A DNA stretch of 64,000 bases from Desulfatiglandales bacterium (GCA_963662465.1 OY759599.1:7008001-7072000), one strand, 5' to 3'; counted from the stretch's first letter, positions 9,009 to 20,229 are shown. Numbers and translations: made by a program. Notes: generated from the sequence alone by a model not told the origin.

Positions 9009-9214
9009 GCAAAAAACCTCTGTGGCCTCAGCGCTCTTGGGGCTCACAAAATGTCTCATGTCAAGGGCTGACCCCGTTCCTAGGTGGTCTTGGTAGAATG
9101 TCCTCGTGTGTCGGCTTGGTGACAATGATTATACGACCATCGTTTGTGGTGCATGGCAGGCGGGTGTTCGATGTTCATCCCTATAGTTGCGTCCCCTAAA
9201 CACATAACCGAGAA

Positions 9215-9370
9215 TTGGAACTTTTTGAGAACTTCAAACCCTGCGATGGGGAACGCCATCGCCCCTACCTCATCGCCGAGGCCGGGGTCAATCATGAAGG
9301 GAGCATGGACATAGCCAGGCGCCTGATCGAGGAGGCCAAGGAAGGCGGGGCCGATGCCATCAAGTTTCAG
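9215..9370 (+). pseudogene. NeuB/SpsE N-acetylneuraminate synthase N-terminal fragment
   Basis: PYLIAEAGVNHEG...GADAIKFQ, cut just before GGTCTGACCCC (9381). Confidence 0.85.
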
Positions 9371-9619
9371 ATAAATCCTTGGTCTGACCCCAAAACCCTT
9401 TGAACATCGCTTGTTGTGATAATTAAGAGCTCAATCAATAATTCAGGCGCCCGTCTTCATTATCTGTCAAATGCATCGTTGGGGTTACCAGCAATCATCA
9501 AAAGCCTGCTCCTGATATTGCCGCATATATGCTTTCACGATATTTACGTCCCCCATTACAATATTTAGTTACAAAGTGCCAACGTTACCCCTTACACTTA
9601 ACATTACGTGAGGTATCCA

Positions 9620-9847
9620 ATGGAACCGAACAAAATCGCATCTGAAATAATGAAATTAAGTGTTCCTCAAAAGCTGATTCTGGCTCAGGACATCTGGGAT
9701 TCAATTGCCCTTGAAGGAGGTAATTTGCCTTTGCCGCAGTGGCAGAAACGCGAGCTTGAATGGAGATATGCCCAGTATAATCAAGGTGAAATGGGACTTC
9801 ATGACTGGCGTGAAGTGCATGAGGAACTTCGAAAAACAGATCTATGA
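9620..9847 (+). CDS. Addiction-module antitoxin
   Basis: LSVPQKLILAQDIWDSI...WQKREL pattern. Confidence 0.8.
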   Translation: MEPNKIASEIMKLSVPQKLILAQDIWDSIALEGGNLPLPQWQKRELEWRYAQYNQGEMGLHDWREVHEELRKTDL

Positions 9848-10125
9848 GACTCAGGTATTCTGATAGGGCCAAGGATGACTTGCGGATTGCCTTCAATTGG
9901 TACGAAGCCCAACGGCGCGGATTAGGACTTGACTTTTTGGACTGCGTTGAAGCGGCAATTGAGACAATCCAAGAGACGCCGAGGCTGTATGCGGAACACC
10001 ATCTTAACTTCAGGCGCGCGTTAGTGCGACGATTTCCTTTTTCGATTTTTTACACGATCGAAGAAACGGAGATAGTTTTACATGCTGTTTTTGACAATAG
10101 ACAAGATCCAGCTCGTTTGCCATAA
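9844..10125 (+). CDS. RelE/ParE toxin
   Basis: WYEAQRRGLGLDF...RRFPFSIFY...AVFDNRQDP. Confidence 0.85.
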   Translation: MRLRYSDRAKDDLRIAFNWYEAQRRGLGLDFLDCVEAAIETIQETPRLYAEHHLNFRRALVRRFPFSIFYTIEETEIVLHAVFDNRQDPARLP

Positions 10126-10214
10126 AGATAGCATTCCCAAAGAAACGCATAAGGGCATAGACGTTCCCATCATTCCACTATGTAACTGACGTTCCTCTTT
10201 ACACGTTGTTCTTG

Positions 10215-10976
10215 ATGCCCCGCGCCAACCGACATTTTATCCCCGGCTATATTTGGCATATCACCCATCGATGCCATAAGAAAGAGTTTCTTCTAAAATT
10301 TGACAAGGACAAAAGTCGCTGGTTATGGTGGCTATTTGAGGCGAAGAAGCGCTATGGAACGTGTATCTTGGATTACATGGTTACATCGAATCACATCCAT
10401 CTCTTGCTGTACGATATAGCTGATAGGGAATGCATTCCGAGAACAATTCAGCTGATTGCGGGCAGAACAGGGCAGGAATTCAACCAAAGAAAACGCCGTA
10501 AGGGCGCCTTTTGGGAAGACCGTTACCATGCGACTGCAGTTGAATCCCGTGAGCATTTAACCCAATGCATTTTATACATCGATCTCAATATGGTCCGAGC
10601 TGGAGTGGTGAGCCACCCATTGGAGTGGGGGCGTTTTAGCGGTTACAACGAAATTCAGAACCCTAAAGAGAGATACTCGCTCATTGATCACGCACAATTG
10701 GTGACTCTTCTCGGCAAGGAGGGCATAGATGAACTCATTGATTCGCACGCCACTTGGGTGGATGAAGCCGTGAATCAGGGAAACAAGCCACGTGAGGTCA
10801 AGTGGATGGAAAGCATCGCGGTTGGAAGCAAAGAGTTCGTGGAAAAGATCAAAGAAAAGCTGGGGGCCTTATTTCTGAGTCGTAAGGTGGAAGGGGAAGA
10901 AGGCCGGTATGAACTCCACGATCCACAACGCCCCTACAGGCTTACAGAGAATTCCTTTCCATGGCGGGATCTTTAG
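10215..10976 (+). CDS. REP-associated tyrosine (Y1/HUH) transposase, RAYT-B
   Basis: MPRANR, WHITHRC, TSNHIHLL (HUH), GAFWEDRY, YIDLNMVRA. Confidence 0.9.
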   Translation: MPRANRHFIPGYIWHITHRCHKKEFLLKFDKDKSRWLWWLFEAKKRYGTCILDYMVTSNHIHLLLYDIADRECIPRTIQLIAGRTGQEFNQRKRRKGAFWEDRYHATAVESREHLTQCILYIDLNMVRAGVVSHPLEWGRFSGYNEIQNPKERYSLIDHAQLVTLLGKEGIDELIDSHATWVDEAVNQGNKPREVKWMESIAVGSKEFVEKIKEKLGALFLSRKVEGEEGRYELHDPQRPYRLTENSFPWRDL

Positions 10977-11004
10977 CGAAAACTTTCAGCAGCTCTTTCT
11001 TAAA

Positions 11005-11104
11005 ACCCGCTTTTTAGGGGCAAAAAGGGGGTTTTAAGGCTCTAAAACAAGCTTCTTTTTGTGGTTATCGTAGTTATTACAAGTTGTTGCTGAGGTCCGA
11101 CCCC
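11005..11104 (+). repeat. RAYT-B 3' end module ending in motif B (GGTCCGACCCC)
   Basis: Related ~100-bp modules end at 3079, 12301, 12576, 21489, 23409; bare motif at 3376, 9065, 9381, 20568. Confidence 0.8.
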
Positions 11105-11361
11105 AAGAAAAATTTGCAAACCCCAAGAAAACAATAAAATTGAAATTCTCATCCGTCCCCCATTGCGCCAAAATTATTACAGAAAACATCCTAACCCCTG
11201 CGGCTTTCCGCTTCGGGTGCCTTTGTAATCCGGCTTGTCGAAGATGCCGAAATGCGGTGTCCCGTGAAATTGACGAAGTCAAGAGCGGAGCTCATTAGGA
11301 TAGCTTGCCCGATCCCAGCCCCCCAATGGATGCCCCCCTTATGATGTGTAAGCCCTAATGC

Positions 11362-11400
11362 TTGACAGCTTCCAAAACGATGTGTATACATGATGCATAT
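11362..11400 (+). promoter_or_regulatory. vapBC promoter/operator
   Basis: TTGACA-17 nt-TATACA with extended TG; overlapping palindromic TGTATACA and ATGCAT. Confidence 0.6.
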
Positions 11401-11422
11401 CCATTGCGCTGCAGGAGGTGCT

Positions 11423-11653
11423 ATGAATACAGCCAAAATCTTTAGGAGCGGAAATTCTCAGGCAGTACGCTTGCCAAAAGATTTCCAGTTTAATGTATCT
11501 GAAGTCGAGATTTATCGCAGGGGGGATGAGGTGGTCCTGCGAAAGAAGCTTCAGAATCTATCCAGGGTTTTTGACCTGCTAACCGACATGTCCGATGATT
11601 TCATGGAAGACGGTCGTAATCAGCCTCCCATGCAGGAGAGAGAACCGTTTTGA
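11423..11653 (+). CDS. vapB: VapB (AbrB/MazE-type) antitoxin
   Basis: AKIFRSGNSQAVRLPK. Confidence 0.9.
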   Translation: MNTAKIFRSGNSQAVRLPKDFQFNVSEVEIYRRGDEVVLRKKLQNLSRVFDLLTDMSDDFMEDGRNQPPMQEREPF

Positions 11654-12054
11654 TATATATGTTGGACACGGACATTTGCATTTACACGATCAAACGCAAA
11701 CCAAGCAGTGTTGTGAATCGACTTGAACAGCTTAAGCCTGGCGAACTTGCAATGTCTGCCATCACTTTTGCGGAGTTGGTGAATGGGGCAAAGAAAAGCA
11801 AGTATGTTGAAGCAAATATGGAGCGGCTCAATGCCTTGGGTGAATTGATCGACGTCCGACCGTTTGATAAACAGGCTGCCCTTTTTTACGGAAGTGTTCG
11901 CTCCAGCCTTGAGAAGAGAGGAGAAGTGATCGGCGGAAACGATCTCTTGATAGCGGCTCATGCACTAAGTCTCAACTGGACCCTGGTTACGAATAACGAA
12001 AAGGAATTCAGACGGGTTGAAGGATTGAGAGTTGAAAATTGGGTCGATGCATAA
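11650..12054 (+). CDS. vapC: VapC toxin
   Basis: YMLDTDICIY...DLLIAAHA...VTNNEKEF. Confidence 0.9.
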   Translation: MIYMLDTDICIYTIKRKPSSVVNRLEQLKPGELAMSAITFAELVNGAKKSKYVEANMERLNALGELIDVRPFDKQAALFYGSVRSSLEKRGEVIGGNDLLIAAHALSLNWTLVTNNEKEFRRVEGLRVENWVDA

Positions 12055-12576
12055 TCGTGTTGATTTACAAAAGAAAATCCAGTGAGTTAAGTCCAGAATC
12101 GTCTCTTGCTCCTTCGGTTTTGTGCGGTTTCTGTCATCTGTCAGCTGAACGCTGCGATCTGTTTTTCCGGCCCTTCGACCTCTGACTTCTGGTTCTTAAA
12201 GGCCTCTTTTTGACCCCCAAAAGGGGTGTTTAAGGTCCAGAAACCCCCTGTATTGTGGGGTAACATGCCGATATTAAGGGATTCAGCTTGGTCCGATCCC
12301 CAATCCAACCCCTGCCTTCCCCGTGAAACCTCTTTTGTATTTGTTTCACCGGAGCTTCATCGGGCTGCTAAAAAAGAGCAGTGGAATAGTAGCAGCGTTC
12401 CCCACGTCCCCCGTTGAACTAAATACCTGCCTATGGGAGGCAAACGCTCCGGATTCCTTTTCTCCGTTTTCTTAAAGGCGCCTTTTTGGGGTCAAAAAGC
12501 GTGTTTTAAGGTTGATTTTTGGGTTTTTTTTAGGCTTAACCTATTGAATAAATGGGAATGTTCCTGGTCCGACCCC

Positions 12577-12783
12577 GACCCTGCATCAGAGATTGCAAAA
12601 GCTCTTAAAAAGGCAGGCTTTCGGCTTGAGCGACAAAAGGGAAGCCACGCAAGATTTGAACATGAAGACGGACGAACAACAACTGTACCTATTCACGCGG
12701 GCCAAGATATCGGCAGAGGCCTTTTTAGAAAAATTCTTCGCGATATTGAAATGAGCTTCGACGAGTTTAGAGAATTTCTATAA
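12577..12783 (+). pseudogene. HicA toxin, 5'-truncated at motif B
   Basis: RQKGSH...TTVPIH...LFRKILRD begins right after GGTCCGACCCC. Confidence 0.8.
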
Positions 12784-13256
12784 TATCCAAGTGTCTATGG
12801 GAACATCGGAATTGGAAGAGTATGTTCACAACGTTCTCCATTGGCTATCCCCTCCGAAGGACTGTGTGCAGTAAAAATTCAGTTGCCTGAATTCTTACTG
12901 CGACAACAAGAAAAAAACAGTGGAATCCGTGTCATCCGCCGTGCCCCGTTGAACCAGGTCCCCTTTCAGGGTGTTCAACTGGGGTGCCAAAAAAAGACTA
13001 ACGACCTCCCTTATTAAGAGTCAAGCAAAGACTTGACCCTTATGTTGCGTGCCAAAATCTTGAGTTACTGAATTACAAATGGACGTCCCCCAGATTCCCT
13101 CAAGTTCAAGTATGATGAGTGCTTGGAAAAACGATGATATCACGGCAGAGGAGATTTTTGATGCCTGATATCGGCGCCCTTGCTTTGGTGAAACATGAAT
13201 ACAGCGATAAAATAGTGGAATAGTGGCAACGTCCCCCATTACACGGATGAACTGAT

Positions 13257-13805
13257 ATGAGCGAAATGGTAAAATTTGAAGAACTGCAAAACCTTATCAT
13301 CGAAATCAGGGAACAAAAGGTTTTGCTCGACGCTGATGTTGCTCAAATTTACGGTGTAGAAACAAGAGACATTAATAAAGCGGTTGCCAACAACCCTGAA
13401 AAATTTCCATCGGGTTATGTTTTTGAAGTCTCTAAAGAGGAAAAAGATGAACTGGTGGAAAATTTCCACCGGTTCAACCGACTGAAGCATTCCACCGTGA
13501 AACCGAAAGCCTTCCCGGAAAAAGGTTTGTACATGCTCGCAACGATCCTCAAGAGTCCGCAAGCGGTACGGGCGACGCTGGCAATTATTGAAACTTTTTC
13601 GAAGATGAGAAAGCTGTCAAGTAATATCAAAGCGCTTTCAAAAATCAGTGAAAAGGATGAGCAGCAGAGCCTTATGAAAAAGAGTGGTGAAATTATCGCT
13701 GAGCTCCTGGACGAAGATCTTGAAACATCGGAAACGGAAACATCCATAGAATTGAATTTTGCAGTCTTGAAGTTCAAGCACCTGGTGAAAAAGAAGAACA
13801 AATGA
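13257..13805 (+). CDS. ORF6N-domain protein
   Basis: VLLDADVAQIYGVET...N.EKFP...PKAF.EKGLYMLATILKS. Confidence 0.85.
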   Translation: MSEMVKFEELQNLIIEIREQKVLLDADVAQIYGVETRDINKAVANNPEKFPSGYVFEVSKEEKDELVENFHRFNRLKHSTVKPKAFPEKGLYMLATILKSPQAVRATLAIIETFSKMRKLSSNIKALSKISEKDEQQSLMKKSGEIIAELLDEDLETSETETSIELNFAVLKFKHLVKKKNK

Positions 13806-13918
13806 CAAAGGTCTGCCTAGATTCAATAGCCCTTTGTTTCGAAAATTTTGTCATTATGCTTTTGTAAAAAGCCCTTAAAAAAAATCCTGTAAAATCCTGT
13901 AAATCCTGTCTAAAAAAA

Positions 13919-14326
13919 ATGGAACAAGAAGACCTGACCCACAAAATTATCGGCTGTGCCTACAAAGTATACAACAGACTGGGCTTCGGCTTCCTGGAAA
14001 GCATCTACCACAAAGCCATGCTGATCGAACTCGCAAGGGCCGGACTAAAAGCAGAATCTGAAAAAGGCTTAACCGTTCATTATGATGAGATGGTTATTGG
14101 AGAGTTCTCAGCCGACATATTTGTGGAAAATGAAATCATCGTAGAACTCAAAGCGGTTGAGCGGCTGATGAAAGTGCATGAAGTGCAAGTGGTGAACTAC
14201 CTAACAGCATCGAAAAATGAAATTGGCCTCCTAATAAACTTCGGCCCAACAGGCGTCAAAGTCACCCGCAAATACCGAAAATCCCTCAAACAGGCACAAA
14301 GAATCAACCCAAAAAAAATCCTGTAA
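13919..14326 (+). CDS. GxxExxY protein
   Basis: GFGFLESIY, ADI.VE..IIVELK, Q..NYL, GLLINFG. Confidence 0.9.
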   Translation: MEQEDLTHKIIGCAYKVYNRLGFGFLESIYHKAMLIELARAGLKAESEKGLTVHYDEMVIGEFSADIFVENEIIVELKAVERLMKVHEVQVVNYLTASKNEIGLLINFGPTGVKVTRKYRKSLKQAQRINPKKIL

Positions 14327-14565
14327 AATCCTGTAAATCCTGTCTAAAAAAAAAGCCCAAAAGCAACCCGCAAATACCCAAAAAACCCTCAGACAGGATC
14401 AAAGAATCAACCAGAAAAAGAAACCCAAAAAAAATCCTGTAAAATCCTGTAAATCCTGTCTAAAAAAAATACAAAAAATTGTATCCAGTCAGAAACTGGG
14501 CACCTAAATTCTCACTGCAAAAAAAACCGTTGACATCTTCCCCGTCTTCGCCTAGTGTTCGCCCC

Positions 14566-14951
14566 ATGAACCATCTTTACGAACAAGAAATACGCTACAA
14601 AGTCCTGAAACTCCTGGCATCCAAGGCCAATCTCTCCCAGCGGGAAATGGCCAAACGAATGGGTATCAGCCTGGGGAAAACCAACTATGTCCTCACGGAA
14701 CTGGCCAACAAAGGCATCATCAAAATAAAACGTTTCAAAAGCGCCCCCAGCAAAATCCTTACACCTACACGCTGACGCCCCAAGGCCTTGAAGAGAAGGC
14801 CAAAATAACCCTAAAATTCCTGAAACGGAAACTCTCTGAATACGAAGAGATCAAGCGACAGATAAAAGAGATTGCAAAAGAAGCCGAAAAAGACAAAGTT
14901 CTCGATTACACAGGCGCCGACACAAACGAAGTATTGGTTCAAATCATTTAA
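14566..14951 (+). pseudogene. EPS-associated MarR regulator, frameshifted near 14755
   Basis: 1-nt loss relative to the copies at 28704 and 57052. Confidence 0.85.
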
Positions 14952-14966
14952 CGAAAGAAAACACTT

Positions 14967-15038
14967 ATTCCAACCATATAAATGATTTTCCGTTATGGAA
15001 ATCAAGGAGCGGAGCCGTCTCCGAAGGCTGAGTCCCCC
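14967..15038 (+). repeat. Junction module C (TCCAGTCATATAAATGATTTTCC...GCGGAGCCGTCTCCGAAGGCTGAG)
   Basis: Also at about 23433-23487, 29109-29176, 57457-57528; short form GGCGGAGCTGTATC at about 3316 and 4500. Confidence 0.75.
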
Positions 15039-15168
15039 GAGAATTCGGGTGCCTGAATTTTAATGCAACACCCCTTTGCTCCAACAATCATCAATAGTCA
15101 ATATTCAATCTCAATGGGTGCCCCATTGCGCAACATTATTGCCACGACCCTAAGAGAGGAGGTTTAAA

Positions 15169-15411
15169 ATGTTAACGATAAATGGAGTATATGACAAGGG
15201 GAAGATTGAGTTGTTAAAGGGAGTTCCGATTAAAGGAAAAAGAAGCGTGATTGTCGTTTTCCTTGATGAACCTGTTCCGGACACTTATCGTGGATTGGAG
15301 ATAGACCCAATCAGAGCTTTAAGAGGTTGTGCAAAAGGTATAAACTTGACCCAGAAATTGTTGGAATCCCGGAGAGAGGATTTAAACCTTGAAGAATCAA
15401 AATGGGGATGA
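15169..15411 (+). CDS. Putative antitoxin (AF2212-like N-terminus)
   Basis: TINGVYDKGKIEL; upstream of a PIN gene. Confidence 0.65.
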   Translation: MLTINGVYDKGKIELLKGVPIKGKRSVIVVFLDEPVPDTYRGLEIDPIRALRGCAKGINLTQKLLESRREDLNLEESKWG

Positions 15412-15817
15412 TAAGGGTTACGTTCTTGACAGTTCCGCCTTCTTAACCTTTTTTGAAGATGAAAAAGGAGCAGATACTGTCCAAGAACTACTTGAAATGG
15501 CAAAGAAAGATGAGCTTGTTATTTTTGTCTGTTTTGCCACTTTTACTGAAGTTTTCTATATCACATTTCGAGAGCAGGGACGAGAAGAAGCTCAGAAGCG
15601 AGTTGAATTGATGGCCAAACTTGCGATAACAAGAATTGAATCTTCAGAAGAGATTGGCTTAATAGCCGGAAGATTAAAGGCGACCCATAAACTCTCCTTT
15701 GCCGACGCATGGATAGCAGCAACAGCAATTTTGTATGCTTCAACCCTCGTGCATAAAGACCCTGAATTCGAGCAGTTGGAAGATGAGATAGAAATCTTAA
15801 AGTTGCCTTATAAATGA
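15389..15817 (+). CDS. PIN-domain VapC toxin
   Basis: YVLDSSA...LSFADAWIAATA...HKDPEF. Confidence 0.85.
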   Translation: MKNQNGDDKGYVLDSSAFLTFFEDEKGADTVQELLEMAKKDELVIFVCFATFTEVFYITFREQGREEAQKRVELMAKLAITRIESSEEIGLIAGRLKATHKLSFADAWIAATAILYASTLVHKDPEFEQLEDEIEILKLPYK

Positions 15818-16322
15818 ATAAAGCAGCAAAAGCACCAACGTCCCCCATTACATTACATAATCTGTATGCTTTTCTGTGAACTTCGTGCCTTTGTGGTTTG
15901 TTTTCAGTGGTAACGCAGTTAAGTAGCAACGTCCTTCATTCCCGACCTACGTTTTTTCTACATAGACTTTTTTCTTGACAGGGGTATTATAGGATCTTAT
16001 CGTTCGCGTTTTAAAAATAAGTTCTGCAAATTTTGCCGAGGAGGCAGGCAGCACTTACTTGGCGGAACAACATCTCCACGATAAAATACGATATCAGAGG
16101 CATTGGTAGTACATCCCCGGTAAGGATACAGGCCCATAAGGGGAACAGGAACGAGCGCCTTGATAGATTGATTCGAAATTGTCGTAATTCATAGCTATTA
16201 TTATTTTTTAATGGATTCAAAAACAATACGATAACATGCTGGAATAACGATGGACATTCACAGCTGTTTGTATTATGTTAGTTTCCCAACATTACAACCA
16301 CTTGAAATAACAGGGGAACTAT

Positions 16323-19300
16323 ATGAACCGACATGTGACGCATGTGTTCATTTTCGCATCAGTGTGTTTTTTGGTTTGGTTTTGCAGTTTTTCAAAGGTG
16401 CAGGCATCACCTGTTTCAGCAGGTACTGGAAATAATATAAATGCCAGCAATTCCCGCTTAGATTCTAAAGGCGCTAGGACAGTACCTTTTGGCATTTCCT
16501 TTTCGTAAAGCTTTACGTTGAATGAATAGCCTGAAAAGGCTTTTTTCTCCAATTTTTAAAATAAAACAGGAATTTTTTTGGCAATTCTCAGAAAAAGCTG
16601 GACTTTCAGATCAACTTGGCCGATGATTACTGCCTATGGGAATCAGAAGCCAAAAAGGAAGAAAAGAGAGAGGCAAGATTGGAGTTCGCAAGCATCTTAA
16701 TGCAGATGCAATTTTCAAGCGTCTGCATAAAGATTTTTCTGAAGTCTCTGACTGCCGTGAGGATCCCGATATTACTATTGCGGATGCCTTGATGTCCGGG
16801 TTTGCAATGTTTTCGCTCAAGGAGCCATCGTTGCTTGCCTTTGATGAAAGAAGAAAAACCGATAGTAATCTTGGGAACATATACCATATTGGAAAGATCC
16901 CATGTGACAGTACGATGCGCACCATTCTTGATGAAGTGCTCGCAGAAGAACTTCGGAAACCGTATAGGAATATCTTCTGGGAACTGCAAAGGGGAAAGGT
17001 GCTTGAACGTATGGTATTTTTCGAAGGTTGTTATCTTCTATCTTTGGATGGAACGGGTTTCTTCTCATCGAAGAAACTTTCCTCTGATAGTTGTTTGGTA
17101 AAAGTATCGAAAAAAACCGGCGAAAAAACCTATTATCAGCAGATGTTGGGGGCAGCAATTGTCCATCCGGATTTCAAAGAGGTCATTCCGCTTGCTCCGG
17201 AATTCATAGTCAAGCAGGATGGCCAAAGCAAGAACGACTGTGAGCGTAATGCCGCGAAACGTTTCTTGCAAAAGCTAAAAGAGGAGCATCCCCATCTGCC
17301 TATCATTATAACAGAGGACGCGTTAAGTTCGAATGCACCCCACATTGAAGAAATACAAAAGCAAAATTTTCATTATATTCTGGGAGTTAAAAAAGGAGAT
17401 CACCATTTCTTGTTTAATCACGTCGAACAAGCGCGGATAAATGGTGACGTCACTGAATTCGAATTGGTCGATAAAGAGGATCCGGAAAAAATACATCGTT
17501 TCCGATTTATTAACCAGGTACCTCTCAATGCCTCTAACAAGAATATGCTGGTTAACTTTCTGGAATATTGGGAAATTACACCGAAAAAAACAAAACATTT
17601 TAGTTGGGTGACAGATTTTTTAATAGGAAAGGACAATGCATACCAGCTAATGCGAGGCGGCCGTGCGAGATGGAAGATCGAAAATGAAACCTTCAATACT
17701 CTTAAGAACCAAGGATATCATTTTGAACACAACTACGGGCTCGGCAAGAAGAATCTGAGTGTTGTTTTTGCGATGCTCATGATGCTGGCATTCTTGGTGG
17801 ATCAAACTCAACAGCTTTGTTGCCCTCTATTTATAGCCGCATGGCATAAACTCGGCTCAAAAAGGGAATTGTGGGAACGGATGAGAGCTTTGTTTAGAGA
17901 TTTTGAATTCAAATCGATGAGGATGCTCTATGAAGCCCTCTATTATGGCGTAAAGTTTCAAGCGCCAGTTATTCTATATAACAGTGGTTAAATTTGTCAT
18001 GCCCAAGTTCGCATACAAAAATGCTCTCATTAATAAAAAACTGGAGATTCCGGAAATGGATATCTCTGCCCTAACTCGTGCTTTTATGCTCTTACTCTTG
18101 TCAAAGAAGCTCAACCTGCAAGAAATCGAGGGAGGTAATAGTGGATTTAATACAATTTTTCTGAAAAGGATCTGATCTCAGGGTTTGTTTTTGAAATATG
18201 TTTTTCAAACTCTGTGAGTAAATTCTTGACCGGGAATTGCTGTATAAATGCCGGTGCATCATCAAATCAACAAACTGGTCAATCTGAAAATCAACCCAGA
18301 CCTTTCGGTCAGAAGAATGATCGGCAGAAAATCCCAAAGCTTGAACGAAACAGGCTGGAAGAAGGTAAAAAATCAGCACCTGTAAGGAAACGAAAAAAAA
18401 AGAAAAAATCAAATAAAACGAAAACTGCCAAGAAAAAGCGTGAGGGAACTCTATCATCGGATGATGATGCCTCTCACATTGCAAACAAAAGGAAAAAGGT
18501 CAAAAAGATTAACGTTACAGCAGAAAGAGTTGACGATATACCCCTATTGATAAAGGCCATGGTGAAAATGGGTATACAAGAAGCTATAGACCAACACATC
18601 CCAGTTCAAAAGAACCAAAGAGATTTGAGCTGGGGATGGACGGCTGTTATATGGTTGGCATATATGTTATCGGAGGGAGACCATCGCAAAGTAGTCGTCC
18701 GGGAATATGTATCTGGAATGCGGCATACCTTAATCGAATTAACAGGATTGATAATCTCCGAAAATGATTTCACAGACGATCGTTTAGCGAATCTTGCCAG
18801 GTATTTAAGCGATAACGATATTTGGAGCAAAGTTGAAGAGAGAATAAGTGGCAATACGATTGAAGCATATGAGTTGCCGGAAGAAACTGTCAGGGTTGAT
18901 GCTACGACTGTATCCGGCTACCACAAAACAGTTGAAGGTGGGATATTCCAATTTGGTGTTAGTAAAGACGACCCCAATAGACCGCAAATAAAAATCATGA
19001 CGGGTTCGCTGGATCCTCTTGGGATGCCGTTAGCCACGGATGTTGTTCCAGGGCAAATGGCCGATGACAAATTGTATGCACCTATCATAAGTCGCATTCA
19101 CTCTATGCTCCAGAAACAAGGTGTCCTTTATGTGGGCGATTGCAAACTGAGTTCTCTTGAAAATCGTTTACACATTAAGGAAAAAGCGGAAGGACATTAC
19201 TTATGTCCATTGCCTAATACTGGGAAAACCCCAGAATATATGGAGAAATGGATAGATGAAGGAAATTTGAAAGACAAAAAGAACGAGTTGATAAAGTACA

Positions 19301-20229
19301 TCGTCCAAGACGATAAAGGTCAAGAGGAACTGAAAGCAAAAGGGTATGAGATAGAGCGTAACCAATCTGGTGAAATAAATGGAAAAGTGCTGAAATGGAA
19401 GGAACGCGTATTGATTGTAAAATCACCAGCGTATGAAAAGCAAAAAGAACTGGGATTGGAACGACGGCTTAAAAGCGCCGAGGAAAAATTATATGCTCTG
19501 ACACCACCAAGAGGCCCGGGGAAAAGGCAGATCAAAGAAAGAGAAAAATTAATAGAATCAGCAAAATCGATTTTGAAAAAACATAGGGTGAAAGATTTCC
19601 TTAAATATGAATATGTGCGGGAAGTAGAAAGTAAAACGAAATATATTGGTAAAGGTAGAGGGAGTGTCAAAAGAGAGAAAAAGGTTGAAGAAAGAATACG
19701 TTATCAAATAACAAAAGTGACACGGATTAAGGAAGCAATAGATGCGGAGAAGAAGAAGTATGGGTGGAAGGCCTATGTTACAGATGTATCAAAGGAGCGA
19801 CTTGATTTTATTGATGTAGTTAGGTCTTATCGAAAACAATACCGGGTTGAACGAATATTTAACCGACTGAAAAGTAGGCTAAACATCGCTCCATTTTACG
19901 TAAAAAGGGAAGATCAAGTTAAAGGAATAACGCATCTTCTGATGATAGGAGTCAGGGTAATTACTCTGGTTGAATTTGTTGTTCGCCGCTCATTAGCAAG
20001 AAGCGACGAAAAGCTTGTTGGATTGCACCTGGGAAATCCCAAGAAAGCTACGAACAATCCAACGTGTGAGAAGCTATTAAATGCTTTCAGCAAAATTACA
20101 TTAACGATAATTGAAACAGGAGATAGTGTGATAAGACATCTAACCCCACTTTCTCAATTGCAACGTGAAATTCTAAAACACTTTGGACTTAGCACTTCTA
20201 TATACGATAATTTAGAAGTTATGCAATAG
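16323..20229 (+). pseudogene. IS1634-family transposase interrupted at 16444/18252
   Basis: ERVDDIPLL, VRVDATT, YVGDCKL, VERIFNRLK; removing the nested IS and one TSD restores a 699-aa frame. Confidence 0.85.
16445..18242 (+). mobile_element. 1798-bp DDE IS, copy 1 (transposase 16636-17991)
   Basis: TIR CAGCAATTCCCG; 9-bp TSD TATAAATGC; LSLDGTG, TEDAL, RWKIENETFN. Confidence 0.92.

Noticed and set aside
12433..12576. N-terminal extensions in the ORF track (HicA 12433, MarR 14479/28617/56965, AbrB 6424, ORF 710)
   Set aside because: They are translations of junction modules or promoters (e.g. WSDP, ATSP, GVP), not real coding sequence
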